A DNA stretch of 64,000 bases from IMG/VR virus record IMGVR_UViG_3300042566_000762, positions 42,462-106,461 of that record; one strand, written 5' to 3'. Source of the stretch: a virus. Positions within the stretch are counted from its first letter, which is position 1; each line of letters begins with the position of its first letter. Made by a program: the position numbers and the translations under genes. The notes beneath the pieces are model-generated. The model was not told the origin of the DNA and searched no databases. It saw nothing but the letters and a program-made list of their open reading frames with translations. Below, one piece after another: positions 47,001-57,244 of the stretch.

Positions 47001-49340
47001 TGCTGAACTAAAATGAACAAAATTATCCCACAAATATCCTTCTAATGGATTTGAACCAGATGCATAATCTATATTTAAATCGTCTTGATACGATAATGAC
47101 GAACTTAAATACGTTGTAACTAAACTATTTGCAGATGTCGAACTACTTAATATTAAATTATCTAAAGATTCATATGTAGTAGATTTACCAGTAGTAAAAT
47201 CAACTTCTATATTAAAATTAGGCCCCTTTATTGGTGGACATTTTAAAGTATCTTGTTCATTTAAAATTATTGTTTCTATCAAAGGATTACTCATTAATTT
47301 TGTAATCCAAAATGTAGAGTTTTCATTTATATTTGCCGGAATGGGTGAATATAATTTTAATATAATAGATTTAACTTCTTTATCAACTATTTCATTTCCT
47401 AATTCATCTTTCTTTTTAGATGATAATGTCCAATTATCTTCCTCATACGATGACACTAATATTTGTTCATCGTCACCAAAATTTGCAAGATGAGTTAAAT
47501 ATTTACTATCTTTCTCCGGCTCTATAAATGATAATTTATTTATAAATGCATCATAAATAGATTTTTTTATAGAATTTTCATCCAAATATATAGATGGGTA
47601 AAATATCTGAGTTACAACTTCATATTCATTACCATTTAAAGCTTCCGCACCTCCATTATTTCTTGGTAACAAATATAATGTTATATTATCACTACCATTC
47701 CATTGAGGAAATCTGTCAGATAAATTTCTTAAATTTATTTTAAAAGAACCATTTGGTGTTAATTTTTCAAATAATCCTACTTTTGTTTTATCTTTTAAAA
47801 GTAAAAAAACATCAACAAAACTGGTTGCAAATGTGTTATATTCTACTTCCCATTCTATTTGCAAATCCGAAAAAGATGGAACATCAATTACTTCTGGAAA
47901 CAATACCTGAGTTATTGAGGGGTAGTCATTAATAGCCGTAAATGTGATTAAAATTTCTACTCTTTGTCCGGTACCGTATAATTTAGATGTTGGGGTTAGT
48001 ATGACCTTTTTAGTTCCATAAACTTCATTGAAGTCTTTTTGAAAATATAAACTTACATACCCAACGCCTGCTTCGGTTAGAATATATTTGTCGGTTGATG
48101 TGTATGCAATTACCTCATCCGCATTTTCCGTTCTAAATGCAATTCTTATTTCTTTTTCTAAATCGGAATCCTTTACTTGTACATTATATTGAGTTTCGGA
48201 AACCATAATAACAGGTGTAGCTACATTGATTTCTTTTTCCAATATTGCAACAACAACTATACCGGATGATAATTCTTTACCTGTTAATTTGAATGCTTTA
48301 CCAACCGAATTCCATTTTGAATAATCACCCTCCGGACTATTTTGTGCAACGGTTAGTGATGTGTAGTATATGTTTTTATATAAATACGAAGTGGATATGT
48401 CACCAACAATTGATAAATTAACATCTGAATTTTCTAAAACCGATTTATTTATACTTTTATTATTAGTATTACCATCTGCTAATGAAATTGTTCCAAAATC
48501 TACCTTCCCACTAGAATTATTTAATATTTCATAATTTAATTTTAATATATCGCCCAATTCATTTTTGAAATTAGAAGAAAATCCAATTTCATAATTTATT
48601 ATAGCAGGTGTAACGGGTTCAACCGGAACATTATTTTCTTTTGAAATTGCTTTAAATTTAAATTCTAAATTTATTGTTCCTGATGTCGAATCTAATCGCC
48701 TTTCAGATGATGCATAAGTTCCATCGGTATTTAATATAAATTCTTGTATTGCAATTACTTCCGTAAATAAAACATCATTTGTCGTTAATGATGGTTTGTA
48801 GTTATACTTAAATGAGTTATTATATGTTCCATATTCGGATAACCCACTAAACCCGGTATTACCACCCATACCACCAAACATAGATGAATATGGATTTATG
48901 TTTAAATCAAAATTTGTGAACTTTAATTCGGAGTTATATGAGTATTTTTTAGAAACACTTACTGTAAAATAATTTTCAGCTGTTTTATTATTTGATATTG
49001 CTTTATATGTTCTACTACTTCCAAATGTGGTTGATGGGGCAAATGTATCTACTACCGATAAACCGACACCAATGTTAGAACCATCTCTTTCAAATTGAGA
49101 ATTTTCAGGAGAAGTTAAATATATTTTTAATGCACCTGCATCATTTGATGTATACGATGGTGGTATAAAAGTTTGATTTGGTTCAACTGGAGGAGTATAA
49201 CCACCACCACCCGTACTACCGCCTGATAAATTGGGAAACGATTCATATTGGCCGATACCATCCCATGATGGATTTGTTAGTTCACCACCCATCATATCCT
49301 GAACATTGGCCTTATATTGTTTAAAATGCTTTACTCCCAT
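44079..49340 (-). CDS. Large baseplate wedge protein (gp7-like) with LamG-like domain
   Basis: 1753 aa; YLLKHKGTRRGV motif, FTGSVDEFRLW, MLPARV; ATATTTAT at 49354-49361. Confidence 0.65.
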   Translation of the reverse strand: MGVKHFKQYKANVQDMMGGELTNPSWDGIGQYESFPNLSGGSTGGGGYTPPVEPNQTFIPPSYTSNDAGALKIYLTSPENSQFERDGSNIGVGLSVVDTFAPSTTFGSSRTYKAISNNKTAENYFTVSVSKKYSYNSELKFTNFDLNINPYSSMFGGMGGNTGFSGLSEYGTYNNSFKYNYKPSLTTNDVLFTEVIAIQEFILNTDGTYASSERRLDSTSGTINLEFKFKAISKENNVPVEPVTPAIINYEIGFSSNFKNELGDILKLNYEILNNSSGKVDFGTISLADGNTNNKSINKSVLENSDVNLSIVGDISTSYLYKNIYYTSLTVAQNSPEGDYSKWNSVGKAFKLTGKELSSGIVVVAILEKEINVATPVIMVSETQYNVQVKDSDLEKEIRIAFRTENADEVIAYTSTDKYILTEAGVGYVSLYFQKDFNEVYGTKKVILTPTSKLYGTGQRVEILITFTAINDYPSITQVLFPEVIDVPSFSDLQIEWEVEYNTFATSFVDVFLLLKDKTKVGLFEKLTPNGSFKINLRNLSDRFPQWNGSDNITLYLLPRNNGGAEALNGNEYEVVTQIFYPSIYLDENSIKKSIYDAFINKLSFIEPEKDSKYLTHLANFGDDEQILVSSYEEDNWTLSSKKKDELGNEIVDKEVKSIILKLYSPIPANINENSTFWITKLMSNPLIETIILNEQDTLKCPPIKGPNFNIEVDFTTGKSTTYESLDNLILSSSTSANSLVTTYLSSSLSYQDDLNIDYASGSNPLEGYLWDNFVHFSSAKERVDNFVYKVQLIEKYEQLITSASTNYTGGPSGSYVNELVSKQEVEKQIIKKNQILQGFDGFEAFLYTSSSLSWPHDIGGNRLYHTNTNVTNWYASASVAAETFDLENPNWVMNNIPTFINDVENSESFHLLLNMLAHHFDVIYYYTKSIENGRGLGYKSKNGVPDRLLFDVLKSFNWDAKNLADDAKLWEYVFGVDSEGTTKNISPAKQRTFEIWRRIANNLPYLLKHKGTRRGVYALLSCYGIPSSNLSILEFGGPEVTDISKSKLVMDNITTALNMISGSYIEFEWKNTERNRKPDTIEFFVKPYTSGNYNIISGSGGIILNLSGSTDSNYGVVTLNYSGSAISSSLLPIFNNRFFGIGVSREVSGSYHNFELNIRQSDKERTIFQQSYSSSILAISSSWNDGSYIRMGNNFTGSVDEFRLWSTPLQKERFYEHVSFPEMINGNHISSSTDDLYFRLDFEYPKNLNQTSSLINVDTNMYFSASLTRNDYEDGNLQPIYSLNPSASFTASAYGFTSITTYPYQFEPIDRSVVLEIPDVGSTRYSTNKVRFEEQYTMNGKNVSEGVDLSSKNRSTKKAFDQSPTDSNRVGLFFSPTKELNIDIAKSLGGVNLDNYIGDPADRYKSNYKRLDDLRNYYFQRFDGRDIYAYINLIKLYEKSMFEDIKKMLPARVKATTGLLIEPHILERSKVSHKKPTAEDYQKDATIHFSDTTTLTADNGQLEVIIDSNLGENLSGENGQFETLITDTTIDQITANNYQYDSLINTNDNFVLSSDSYQQYTNINAGLGEPTILTEIDLINSNIVVGQSDYETIGFGIYAESGSAIRTYYDTNRNIVKERIRVNLVTEQKSRDILKYKTTINGSGDPRDGYILTSSVYTETSLNIQPFSGSTIPTVKGNIISVKPVSGYLSTHYRNTSDLTRGLENSFFKGSKNTAATTLDGSSPIETFTTNPNTLKVSKAGRDANEPILEVE

Positions 49341-49367
49341 TTATTCTTTTTTTATAAATATCTTATA

Positions 49368-50639
49368 TTATGTAAATTCCACTCGTTCTCTACCCATTCC
49401 ACCACCTGGCAAATTCTGTCTGTCCAATGTATCATATTCTCGGTAGATACTTCCACCGCCACCACCCTGACTAGGAGTTGGTAAAACCACTTTTGGGGCC
49501 GGTGGTTCTATCGGTGCAGGTGCAGTAACTACTATTGGTTCGGTTATAACTGCTGGTTCTATAATTTGTGGTTTTGCAACCGGTTCTTTTTTAATAGGAA
49601 CTTCACCAACAAATGTGTCATTTAAATTAATTTGAACTTTGTCACCATCGTATACATTTCTTACAAATGTAGTCGGAGTTTTAAATGTTTCTAAATTATT
49701 TGCAATTTGTTTTCTTAATTCTACTATTGCAAATTCTTTAGGAAGGGTTTTAATTTCAACCGGTCTTCTTTTTAAAGTTTTAATATTAAAATCAACACAC
49801 TCAAATAATATTTTCTTAATTTCATTTGTCAATATATTGAAATCATATTGGTCACAATCATCAAATCGTTCTTCAGATGGTTTACCAAATTTTGATTCAG
49901 TAATATTATAGTATTTATTGTTTAAATAATAATTTACCGATGTTTGAAAATCTACATATATTTTTTTTCTAAAATCTGGAAACTTACTTAAACCAAAATC
50001 TTTTTTTAATACATTAAAAAAATCTTTACCAAATTGAGTTTGTAATGCTGAATCGATTCCTTCTAAAAAACTACCTTCAAATGCATATATCGAATCTAAT
50101 AGTGATTTTTTATAATATTTAAAATCTTTACTTAAGTTTTGTAAATTATTAAATTCTCTATTTGTAATTGAATTTATATTTTCATCTTTTGTTTTCAAAG
50201 GTAAAATACGAATTTCTTCTCTTGAAGGAGAAATTTCTTGTATCCATACTCTTGTTAATAAATTATCCGTTCCTACTCTATTTCTAACAAAATTTATATT
50301 AAGTTTAAGAATACCATTTGTAAATCCTAAATCATTTAATAATTTTTCTGCATCAATTGCTAATTCTTTTAAACCACCTTTATTTATGATAGAATGCATG
50401 TAATGTTTAATCTCACCCTTCTTTATATAAGCAACATTATTACCAGATTTTTGTGGTAATAAATTACTATTGATGTCGTATACGGAAACTTCCATTACAT
50501 CATATTTACAATCACCAAAATCGGTTTCTTGTATTTCATTTTTTGAAACTATAAATAAATCATCTGCTAACAAAAATTTTCCTTTGTTATCTGTGTTTAC
50601 ATCAATTTGTTCAAAGTTTGTATATTTTTTAATACTCAT
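49368..50639 (-). CDS. Hypothetical virion protein
   Basis: 423 aa; IQEISPSREEIR motif, Pro-rich tail; in the baseplate operon. Confidence 0.6.
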   Translation of the reverse strand: MSIKKYTNFEQIDVNTDNKGKFLLADDLFIVSKNEIQETDFGDCKYDVMEVSVYDINSNLLPQKSGNNVAYIKKGEIKHYMHSIINKGGLKELAIDAEKLLNDLGFTNGILKLNINFVRNRVGTDNLLTRVWIQEISPSREEIRILPLKTKDENINSITNREFNNLQNLSKDFKYYKKSLLDSIYAFEGSFLEGIDSALQTQFGKDFFNVLKKDFGLSKFPDFRKKIYVDFQTSVNYYLNNKYYNITESKFGKPSEERFDDCDQYDFNILTNEIKKILFECVDFNIKTLKRRPVEIKTLPKEFAIVELRKQIANNLETFKTPTTFVRNVYDGDKVQINLNDTFVGEVPIKKEPVAKPQIIEPAVITEPIVVTAPAPIEPPAPKVVLPTPSQGGGGGSIYREYDTLDRQNLPGGGMGRERVEFT

Positions 50640-50645
50640 AATCTA

Positions 50646-51791
50646 TTAATATGAATCTGGATGATTTTTTGTATATTTAGTTGGATATGATTTTGATGCC
50701 GATTTGCCATCACCTTTTGTTACTGTAACAGTTAGTTCCGATTTGTAATCAGTAGAACCACTCCATCCAAATGTTTTTTTCTTAGAATCTTTACCCTCAC
50801 CTGCTTTACCAATTATTCCCAATTCAACAGTCTCACTCGCACCAGCTGCAATTGGAAAAGATTTGCCTTTAGGAAATGCCATCCAATTTGTATTAAATCC
50901 AGATGGATTTGCATGACTTAATGTTATGGTTACCGGTGTTTTATCATTGTTTGTAAAATCTAAGATACCGCCACTATTCCATTTAGTATCACCACTTTTT
51001 GCGTTTTGTTTTGATGCAATTTTAAATTCTTTATCGTTAGATGGGCCGTTAATTTTTAAAATAACAACTTCATTTATCACATCTGCACCACCCGCTAATG
51101 CTTGTGCCTGTGTTCCTGTTGTAATAGCCTGTTGTTGTTGGACTGCACCCAATTGTGCTTGTAATCCTTCAATAATTGAATTTAATGAATCAATTTGTTT
51201 AATCAATGCTTCAATTTGAACTTTATATCCTGAGTTTTGTGATTGTAGTGATGTTCTTAATATTGATTCTTCCACCGATTTTTGAACTGCAGTTTGAATT
51301 TGGTCTGTAAAAAGATTTAATGTATCTTTTAATGTTTCCATTTGATTTGCAATTAAATCATCTTTTTGTTCTATTGTTAATTTTTCAATAGTTACCCTCT
51401 TAACCTCATTATCTAACCTTTGTATTTCATTAACAGCAACTTGATAAATTGTATCTAAATCATTATATTGTTTTTGTAAATCAGCATATTGTAAAGATAG
51501 TTTATCATAAATTGGTTTGGGAATTAAATTTAAATTTGGTTCCGGAATATTTGGTTTTAGTTCGATGACGTTTACATTAATTGCTTTTTTAATTTCGTCT
51601 TCATCGTATTTATCTTTATTTAATTCTTTAAATATCAATGAGGACGCGACGTTTTTATTATCAACAATTGTTACATTATATTCGTTTTTAGCAATAGCTT
51701 CCGAACCAGATGAAATTAATATAGATTCTAATCTATTACTTCTTTCTTCTTGTAATTTTTGTGCAATCGTTTCAAGTGCAGTTAGTGCCAT
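50646..51791 (-). CDS. Coiled-coil virion protein with C-terminal beta-sandwich
   Basis: Long heptad region followed by an Ig-like beta-rich C-terminus. Confidence 0.55.
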   Translation of the reverse strand: MALTALETIAQKLQEERSNRLESILISSGSEAIAKNEYNVTIVDNKNVASSLIFKELNKDKYDEDEIKKAINVNVIELKPNIPEPNLNLIPKPIYDKLSLQYADLQKQYNDLDTIYQVAVNEIQRLDNEVKRVTIEKLTIEQKDDLIANQMETLKDTLNLFTDQIQTAVQKSVEESILRTSLQSQNSGYKVQIEALIKQIDSLNSIIEGLQAQLGAVQQQQAITTGTQAQALAGGADVINEVVILKINGPSNDKEFKIASKQNAKSGDTKWNSGGILDFTNNDKTPVTITLSHANPSGFNTNWMAFPKGKSFPIAAGASETVELGIIGKAGEGKDSKKKTFGWSGSTDYKSELTVTVTKGDGKSASKSYPTKYTKNHPDSY

Positions 51792-51793
51792 TG

Positions 51794-52849
51794 TTAAATT
51801 ATTTGAAATGTGTATTTTCCATCAGATATATAATCTATACCATCTATTACAACTTTTAATTTTAATTTATAAATTCTATCAATTGGTAATGATTGTAAAT
51901 CTAATATAAAATAACTACCATTTGAATCACAACTTATTTTTGTGTAATTACCAAATGGAAATATAACCTCTTCAGTTAAATAATCTTCTAATTGATAATA
52001 CGATGTTTGTGGTAAATATTTTACATCACTATAATTGAATGTAGTTGCAAAATCTTTAATAGGAAATAATTCTCTACCTCTTACTTTGATTTTTATTTTA
52101 CTATTTGCGGTATATTTTGATTTTAAATTGGTAATTGATACTTTAAAATTATCCACTGGCATTGCCGTTATTGACCCCGTTGGTGCAAATGAACTGCCAT
52201 CCCAAACTACTTCTAATGTTGGTTCATATATAGTGTGTGTCTCTTTCGAAAAGAATTTAAGAACACCATAATCCAATACATCCTCTTCAGCTGCAAAATT
52301 ATGATGAATAATAAATCCGTTATTTGGTAAAGAACCACTAACCCACAATTTAACAATATTAGTTACATCCATTTTAATATCATCACTTTCATAATTAAAA
52401 GATTGTGATGCCTGTGATGCCGTATACCATGTACCTCCTTCTGCGTTTGATGAACCGGTTGTACCAGCTACATAATATGCAGTTCCACCAATTGTATTAT
52501 CTTGCCAACTATCTACTCCGTTTTTATATTTCCAACTAATACCATCCGATGTTATATTATCGAATTTAGTACCGGTTCCCATTGTCCAACTTTGTGAAAC
52601 TGCATTTGCAAATAATGTATATTGCAATGGAATTTCCTCAGACCCAGCAGCTTTTAAATTTAAATATGTTTTCCACCCACTACCTGTTTCTAAATTTGAA
52701 ACATCGAATTTAATCAATGTTCTGGCTAAATCTTTTGTAGAACCATAATAAAGTTTACCTACTTCCAATATCTCATCTCTACCTGAATTTTGTTCGGGTT
52801 GTTGTAAGTAGATACTAGCGTCATATGATGATGTGTATAATTTATGCAT
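51794..52849 (-). CDS. Baseplate-associated protein (DNRLRE/CBM96-like)
   Basis: DASIY..NSG..LEVG..RTLIKFD, DVTNIVKLW..NNGFII, FFSKE..PTLEV. Confidence 0.6.
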   Translation of the reverse strand: MHKLYTSSYDASIYLQQPEQNSGRDEILEVGKLYYGSTKDLARTLIKFDVSNLETGSGWKTYLNLKAAGSEEIPLQYTLFANAVSQSWTMGTGTKFDNITSDGISWKYKNGVDSWQDNTIGGTAYYVAGTTGSSNAEGGTWYTASQASQSFNYESDDIKMDVTNIVKLWVSGSLPNNGFIIHHNFAAEEDVLDYGVLKFFSKETHTIYEPTLEVVWDGSSFAPTGSITAMPVDNFKVSITNLKSKYTANSKIKIKVRGRELFPIKDFATTFNYSDVKYLPQTSYYQLEDYLTEEVIFPFGNYTKISCDSNGSYFILDLQSLPIDRIYKLKLKVVIDGIDYISDGKYTFQII

Positions 52850-54867
52850 TATAATGCCCTCCCTTTTATGTCTTTATTTGGATATTTTACTTCAAAGATA
52901 CATGGGTCTAAAGATGGATAAACTATCTTTCCCTTTGTAGCTTCATCAATATTATATCTATTTGGTGAATATTCTCCGTCTCCCGCACATAGATTGTATA
53001 TTTTAACCGATGGAACACTCATAACTCCTTCTACATTTGCAAGTAATAATTCTATTTCCGAAATGTTTATTGGTTTATTGAATGTCCAATTATCTATATT
53101 AAAATAAGATTGAACTTCTGCTAAACAAGATGCAAGAACTTCTCTTTTATTATAATTGGAATAACTAATTATTTCAAAATCACATCCAATATTAACTATA
53201 AATCCGTCAATCATATTTACCGCATCGGTAATCATTCTATATTCACCCAAATATGTTTTAAGATTTTGTTTAATTGCCTGATTTAATTGTGTTAGTTTTT
53301 TATCACTATTATATCCTAAAACATACATGTTTATTGCAAATGGGTTATTCACCTCTGCAATTGCACTCTTTTTTTGTGTTAAATATTTAACCAATTCTTT
53401 TTGAATTTCTGATTTGGCCATTCCTTTCATTGAGTCTACTAAATTTGTAAACTCTGCAATATTATTAGGACTTGCTAAAATAGAAGATGGAGAATTGTTA
53501 TCAATTTCACCATCTGGACTAACATATACTTTTGCAACACTACCATATCTTGCTGGCATTGATAGAGCTCTAACAACATAGTCTTGTCTTGTTACTGCTC
53601 TATTTTGAGAACCAAATGTTGCCAAAGCGTTTTGTCTAATTTCTTCAATAGACTCTGCACCTCTACCACCTACTGCAGCCTCAATATTTTCAACTGCCAA
53701 TGTTGTTTTAATTTGATTATATATTCTTAAGTTATCATCGTTTAAAGATAATAAATCCTCTTCATATTCTAATCTAGTAATATTGGTTAAATCTCCTTTG
53801 TTTATATTAGAATTAATACCACCACCTACTAAATATTTTACAATTAATGTTGTATTTGTAGGTGCAATACCAAATGTATTTGTTTTTAAAAAGTTAGATG
53901 GGTCAATTCCTTGGTTTAATCTATTAATTGAATTTGCTAACCCTAATCCTATATTTTTTGTATTTGGTAAAATGATTTCATCATTCATTGTAATATCACC
54001 ACTACCAAATTGTAAATCGGTTGTATTATTTGCATTTAATTTTACCGAATATCTTCTAGGAACTTTTTGAACTTCTAAAATATATGGAACCACCGATGAA
54101 GATGTATATAATTCACCATTATATTCCATATTGGGTTGTTCAACAAATATACTCTCTTGAGCCAAATAAGGAACTTCATAATATTTGTTATTACTACTAT
54201 CCGTAACAGAAACTATATGAATAATATTAGTATCAGTTAATGTTAAAGTTGGATAATCAACATCACCACCCATCATAAATGTAGTAGAAACTTCACTTGC
54301 TGATATTGCCTTTACTAATTTACTAATTAAATATTGTGTAGGAACTCCCGTTGCATCTCTTTCATATACACTTATTTCTCTATCTATTTCGTTTTCAAAG
54401 TCAACCGAATCGGTTGTTCTAAATATAATATCGGAACTACTATTAGACTTTATCTCCATTCCCTCTTTTATTTTTAAATAAAATTTAGAATCTGGACCAT
54501 AGTTACCGGCCGCACCTAATGATGGAACAATTTGATAAACTTTAATAGTTGTAGTTGCGGGTGATGTTAATTTTGGTTTATATCCCATTGTTTGTGCAAG
54601 TGCCACAACGTTTTTACGTTCGGTAGCATTTGCTAACATAGATTCCTTTAATTGTGTATCTTGATAAAATGAAAGAACATCACCAACATATGATGCCATA
54701 TCAATAAAGATGGTACCAGGTGAAGCTTCGGAAAAATCGGCATAACTATCTGGAAAATATGTTTGTGTAAAATTTACCAAATTTTGCTTAAATGCTGAAA
54801 AATCTTTACCAATATAGTTTATATCTTTACCGGTTCCCCAAGATTTATTTAAAGGTTTAATTGCCAT
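52849..54867 (-). CDS. Baseplate wedge protein (T4 gp6/J-like)
   Basis: KDF..K, SYVGDVLSFY, LAQTMGYKP, GGRGAESIEEIR, QNRAVTRQDY. Confidence 0.88.
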   Translation of the reverse strand: MAIKPLNKSWGTGKDINYIGKDFSAFKQNLVNFTQTYFPDSYADFSEASPGTIFIDMASYVGDVLSFYQDTQLKESMLANATERKNVVALAQTMGYKPKLTSPATTTIKVYQIVPSLGAAGNYGPDSKFYLKIKEGMEIKSNSSSDIIFRTTDSVDFENEIDREISVYERDATGVPTQYLISKLVKAISASEVSTTFMMGGDVDYPTLTLTDTNIIHIVSVTDSSNNKYYEVPYLAQESIFVEQPNMEYNGELYTSSSVVPYILEVQKVPRRYSVKLNANNTTDLQFGSGDITMNDEIILPNTKNIGLGLANSINRLNQGIDPSNFLKTNTFGIAPTNTTLIVKYLVGGGINSNINKGDLTNITRLEYEEDLLSLNDDNLRIYNQIKTTLAVENIEAAVGGRGAESIEEIRQNALATFGSQNRAVTRQDYVVRALSMPARYGSVAKVYVSPDGEIDNNSPSSILASPNNIAEFTNLVDSMKGMAKSEIQKELVKYLTQKKSAIAEVNNPFAINMYVLGYNSDKKLTQLNQAIKQNLKTYLGEYRMITDAVNMIDGFIVNIGCDFEIISYSNYNKREVLASCLAEVQSYFNIDNWTFNKPINISEIELLLANVEGVMSVPSVKIYNLCAGDGEYSPNRYNIDEATKGKIVYPSLDPCIFEVKYPNKDIKGRAL

Positions 54868-54874
54868 TTTTATT

Positions 54875-55309
54875 TTATTCTTTTATTGTTACCTGAATAC
54901 TGTCTGTTATATCAGGATTAATTACCAATGAAAATACTACATTTAAATTAATTAAATGATTATCAATATCTTTATCATCAAAATCAAAAACAATTTCTTC
55001 AATATTAACTTCAGGTATCCAATAATTTACAGCCTGCTCTATTGATTGTTGAATTTTATTTTCTATTTGTCCTGGAATAAATGGTTCAAATAAAACTCTA
55101 TGAACATCACAACCAAAAAGAGGGTTCATAATTCTTTCACCTTTTTTTGTTAAAATGAGATTTTTAATATTTTCTGCAAGTTGTTTTCTAGTTGTATAAT
55201 TTTTTTGAAATACACCATCCTTATTTGAATTAGAAAATCCAATACTTAGTGCTTTATTTTCATTTTGAACTAAGTCGTTAACCGGTATTTTACCTAAATC
55301 AATTGCCAT
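54875..55309 (-). CDS. Baseplate protein (T4 gp25/W-like)
   Basis: NIKNLILTKKGERIMNPLFGC..LFEP. Confidence 0.9.
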   Translation of the reverse strand: MAIDLGKIPVNDLVQNENKALSIGFSNSNKDGVFQKNYTTRKQLAENIKNLILTKKGERIMNPLFGCDVHRVLFEPFIPGQIENKIQQSIEQAVNYWIPEVNIEEIVFDFDDKDIDNHLINLNVVFSLVINPDITDSIQVTIKE

Positions 55310-55312
55310 TTA

Positions 55313-55813
55313 TTATTTAAATCTTTTTACTAATTCACTATAATCTCTTGTCAATGCTTTTATTGTTGCATCTTGTAAACCATCACCGGTTGATTCGAAT
55401 TGTTGTGGAATGTTTTTAGGAATTTGAATACCCTCTCTATAATCCATTGTTTCCCAATCTCCTTCCATAGTTTTTTGTGGTTGTATCATATCTAATACAC
55501 TTCCACCACCTTGGCCACCTTCCACACGTTGTGCAGCAGTAAATGGTTGAGTCATGTTTAAAATCTCATTAATCATAGGGTCTTTTGTAAACTCCTTTTG
55601 TATTTGAGGTCTTTGCTGAATAACTTGTTGTCTTTTAACCGGTGTAGGTGTAACTTCTGTCATCTCTCTTAATGATGGAGTAGCTGATTTCTTTTGTGAG
55701 TTTAATGTAACTGCACCAGATTTGATAAGTTTAACAAGTTCTTCTTTTACTTGTAACTTAACTTCGTTTTTAACAACTTCTTTAATTAAAGTTAATAAAA
55801 TTTCTGATTTCAT
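55313..55813 (-). CDS. Hypothetical protein
   Basis: 166 aa ending ALTRDYSELVKRFK; ATATTTAT at 55840-55847. Confidence 0.7.
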   Translation of the reverse strand: MKSEILLTLIKEVVKNEVKLQVKEELVKLIKSGAVTLNSQKKSATPSLREMTEVTPTPVKRQQVIQQRPQIQKEFTKDPMINEILNMTQPFTAAQRVEGGQGGGSVLDMIQPQKTMEGDWETMDYREGIQIPKNIPQQFESTGDGLQDATIKALTRDYSELVKRFK

Positions 55814-55861
55814 AATAATTGTTTATATATGTTTTAGTAATAAATATCTAAAGTTTAAAAA

Positions 55862-57238
55862 TTACCCACCACCACGATTTACAGCACTTTTAACTGTTTG
55901 TATAGTTGTATTTAATCCAGTTTGTACCGATTGAACACCTGAGTCGATTGCACCTGTTAATCCTTTTTCACTTATTTGTTCTAATACGGAAGTTGCACCT
56001 TCTTCTAATCCATAATCAATAAGATTTTCTTTTACTTCCTCAAATAACTCTTTAGGATTTTTTACCATCTCCTTAAGACTTTTACTAAATGGATTAATTA
56101 CAGGAATAGCAAATGGTTTTGTTATATAACCGGCCCAAGGAGTTACCATCACCGGTATTGGTATACCGGTTAATGATGTTTTATGAAACGTTATATGTGT
56201 ACCAATAAGTGTTAATAAGTGTAAATTTGCATTTACTATAAAACTAAGTAACCATTGGTCAACAGTCCCAGCTGGTAGCAACGGAACAGGAATAAAAACT
56301 CCAGGAAAAATACAAAAACTCATAATAGTTCTATCTCCAGGAGTTCTCAATGCGGGTGGGGTTGCAAAGATTGGTGTATCATCTCTATTCATTTGTCTAA
56401 ATGCCCACCAAGCTACTATAATAAGTGCAACTTTTTGCATCAAATCTCCCTTTGGGTCATATTTAATTGATTCAATCATTAGACCAGCTAGAGCTTGATT
56501 TGCTTCATTTAGTCCGTAATTTATTAAACTAGCAATGGATTTCTTTTTAAATTTTATTTTAAAGTTTTTCTTTTGACCACCAAATATATTTTTTTCACCA
56601 AATTTGGGTGATGTTTTAGTTTCTACAAAATTGGTTGATTTAAATCCAGATTGTTCGACATGTAACATTCCAGGAAAAGCTATAAAGCCACCCACAATAA
56701 CGCTTTCATATTCTGTTAAAAAGGTTTCAACCCACTCTGCGGTTTCTAAATAATTTAGAACATGTTCAGCGCCCGAACTTCTTTTTGTATTTTCTTTTTC
56801 TGCAGAACCATCTGCAATTTCTTTAGCTTGTTTTTTTAAAATTTTAACACCAATTTTAAAATCAACGGCCACTTTACCAGTTCTTCTATCATATGATAAT
56901 GCTCTTTTTCTTTTTATAAAATTTTGATATTTTTTAAAACTCTTTGTCGCTGTATTTAAAGTTTCAGACTCCATGCCAAACAAAGCTACCGGATTATCTT
57001 TTGTTAAAAATGTTCTCATATTTAAATAGAACATTCCCCAACTACCAGAGGATTCTATTTGTTTTTTCTTTTTATCTGCCGCATCGGCCATTGCTTTCTT
57101 TCTAGTAGCTTTGGTTTCTTTTTTAGTTTCGGCTTGTTTGTATTGTTTTTTTAAAGCATCATTTTTAGCTTTTTCTTGCTTTCTATTTAATGTTGCTGTT
57201 TCTGCACCATGGCGACTTGTAATAGGAATGTACACCAT
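55862..57238 (-). CDS. Hypothetical protein downstream of the baseplate hub
   Basis: 458 aa; basic N-terminus and a hydrophobic Pro-rich region (HLLTLIGTH..PWAGY). Confidence 0.6.
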   Translation of the reverse strand: MVYIPITSRHGAETATLNRKQEKAKNDALKKQYKQAETKKETKATRKKAMADAADKKKKQIESSGSWGMFYLNMRTFLTKDNPVALFGMESETLNTATKSFKKYQNFIKRKRALSYDRRTGKVAVDFKIGVKILKKQAKEIADGSAEKENTKRSSGAEHVLNYLETAEWVETFLTEYESVIVGGFIAFPGMLHVEQSGFKSTNFVETKTSPKFGEKNIFGGQKKNFKIKFKKKSIASLINYGLNEANQALAGLMIESIKYDPKGDLMQKVALIIVAWWAFRQMNRDDTPIFATPPALRTPGDRTIMSFCIFPGVFIPVPLLPAGTVDQWLLSFIVNANLHLLTLIGTHITFHKTSLTGIPIPVMVTPWAGYITKPFAIPVINPFSKSLKEMVKNPKELFEEVKENLIDYGLEEGATSVLEQISEKGLTGAIDSGVQSVQTGLNTTIQTVKSAVNRGGG

Positions 57239-57244
57239 TTTAAA

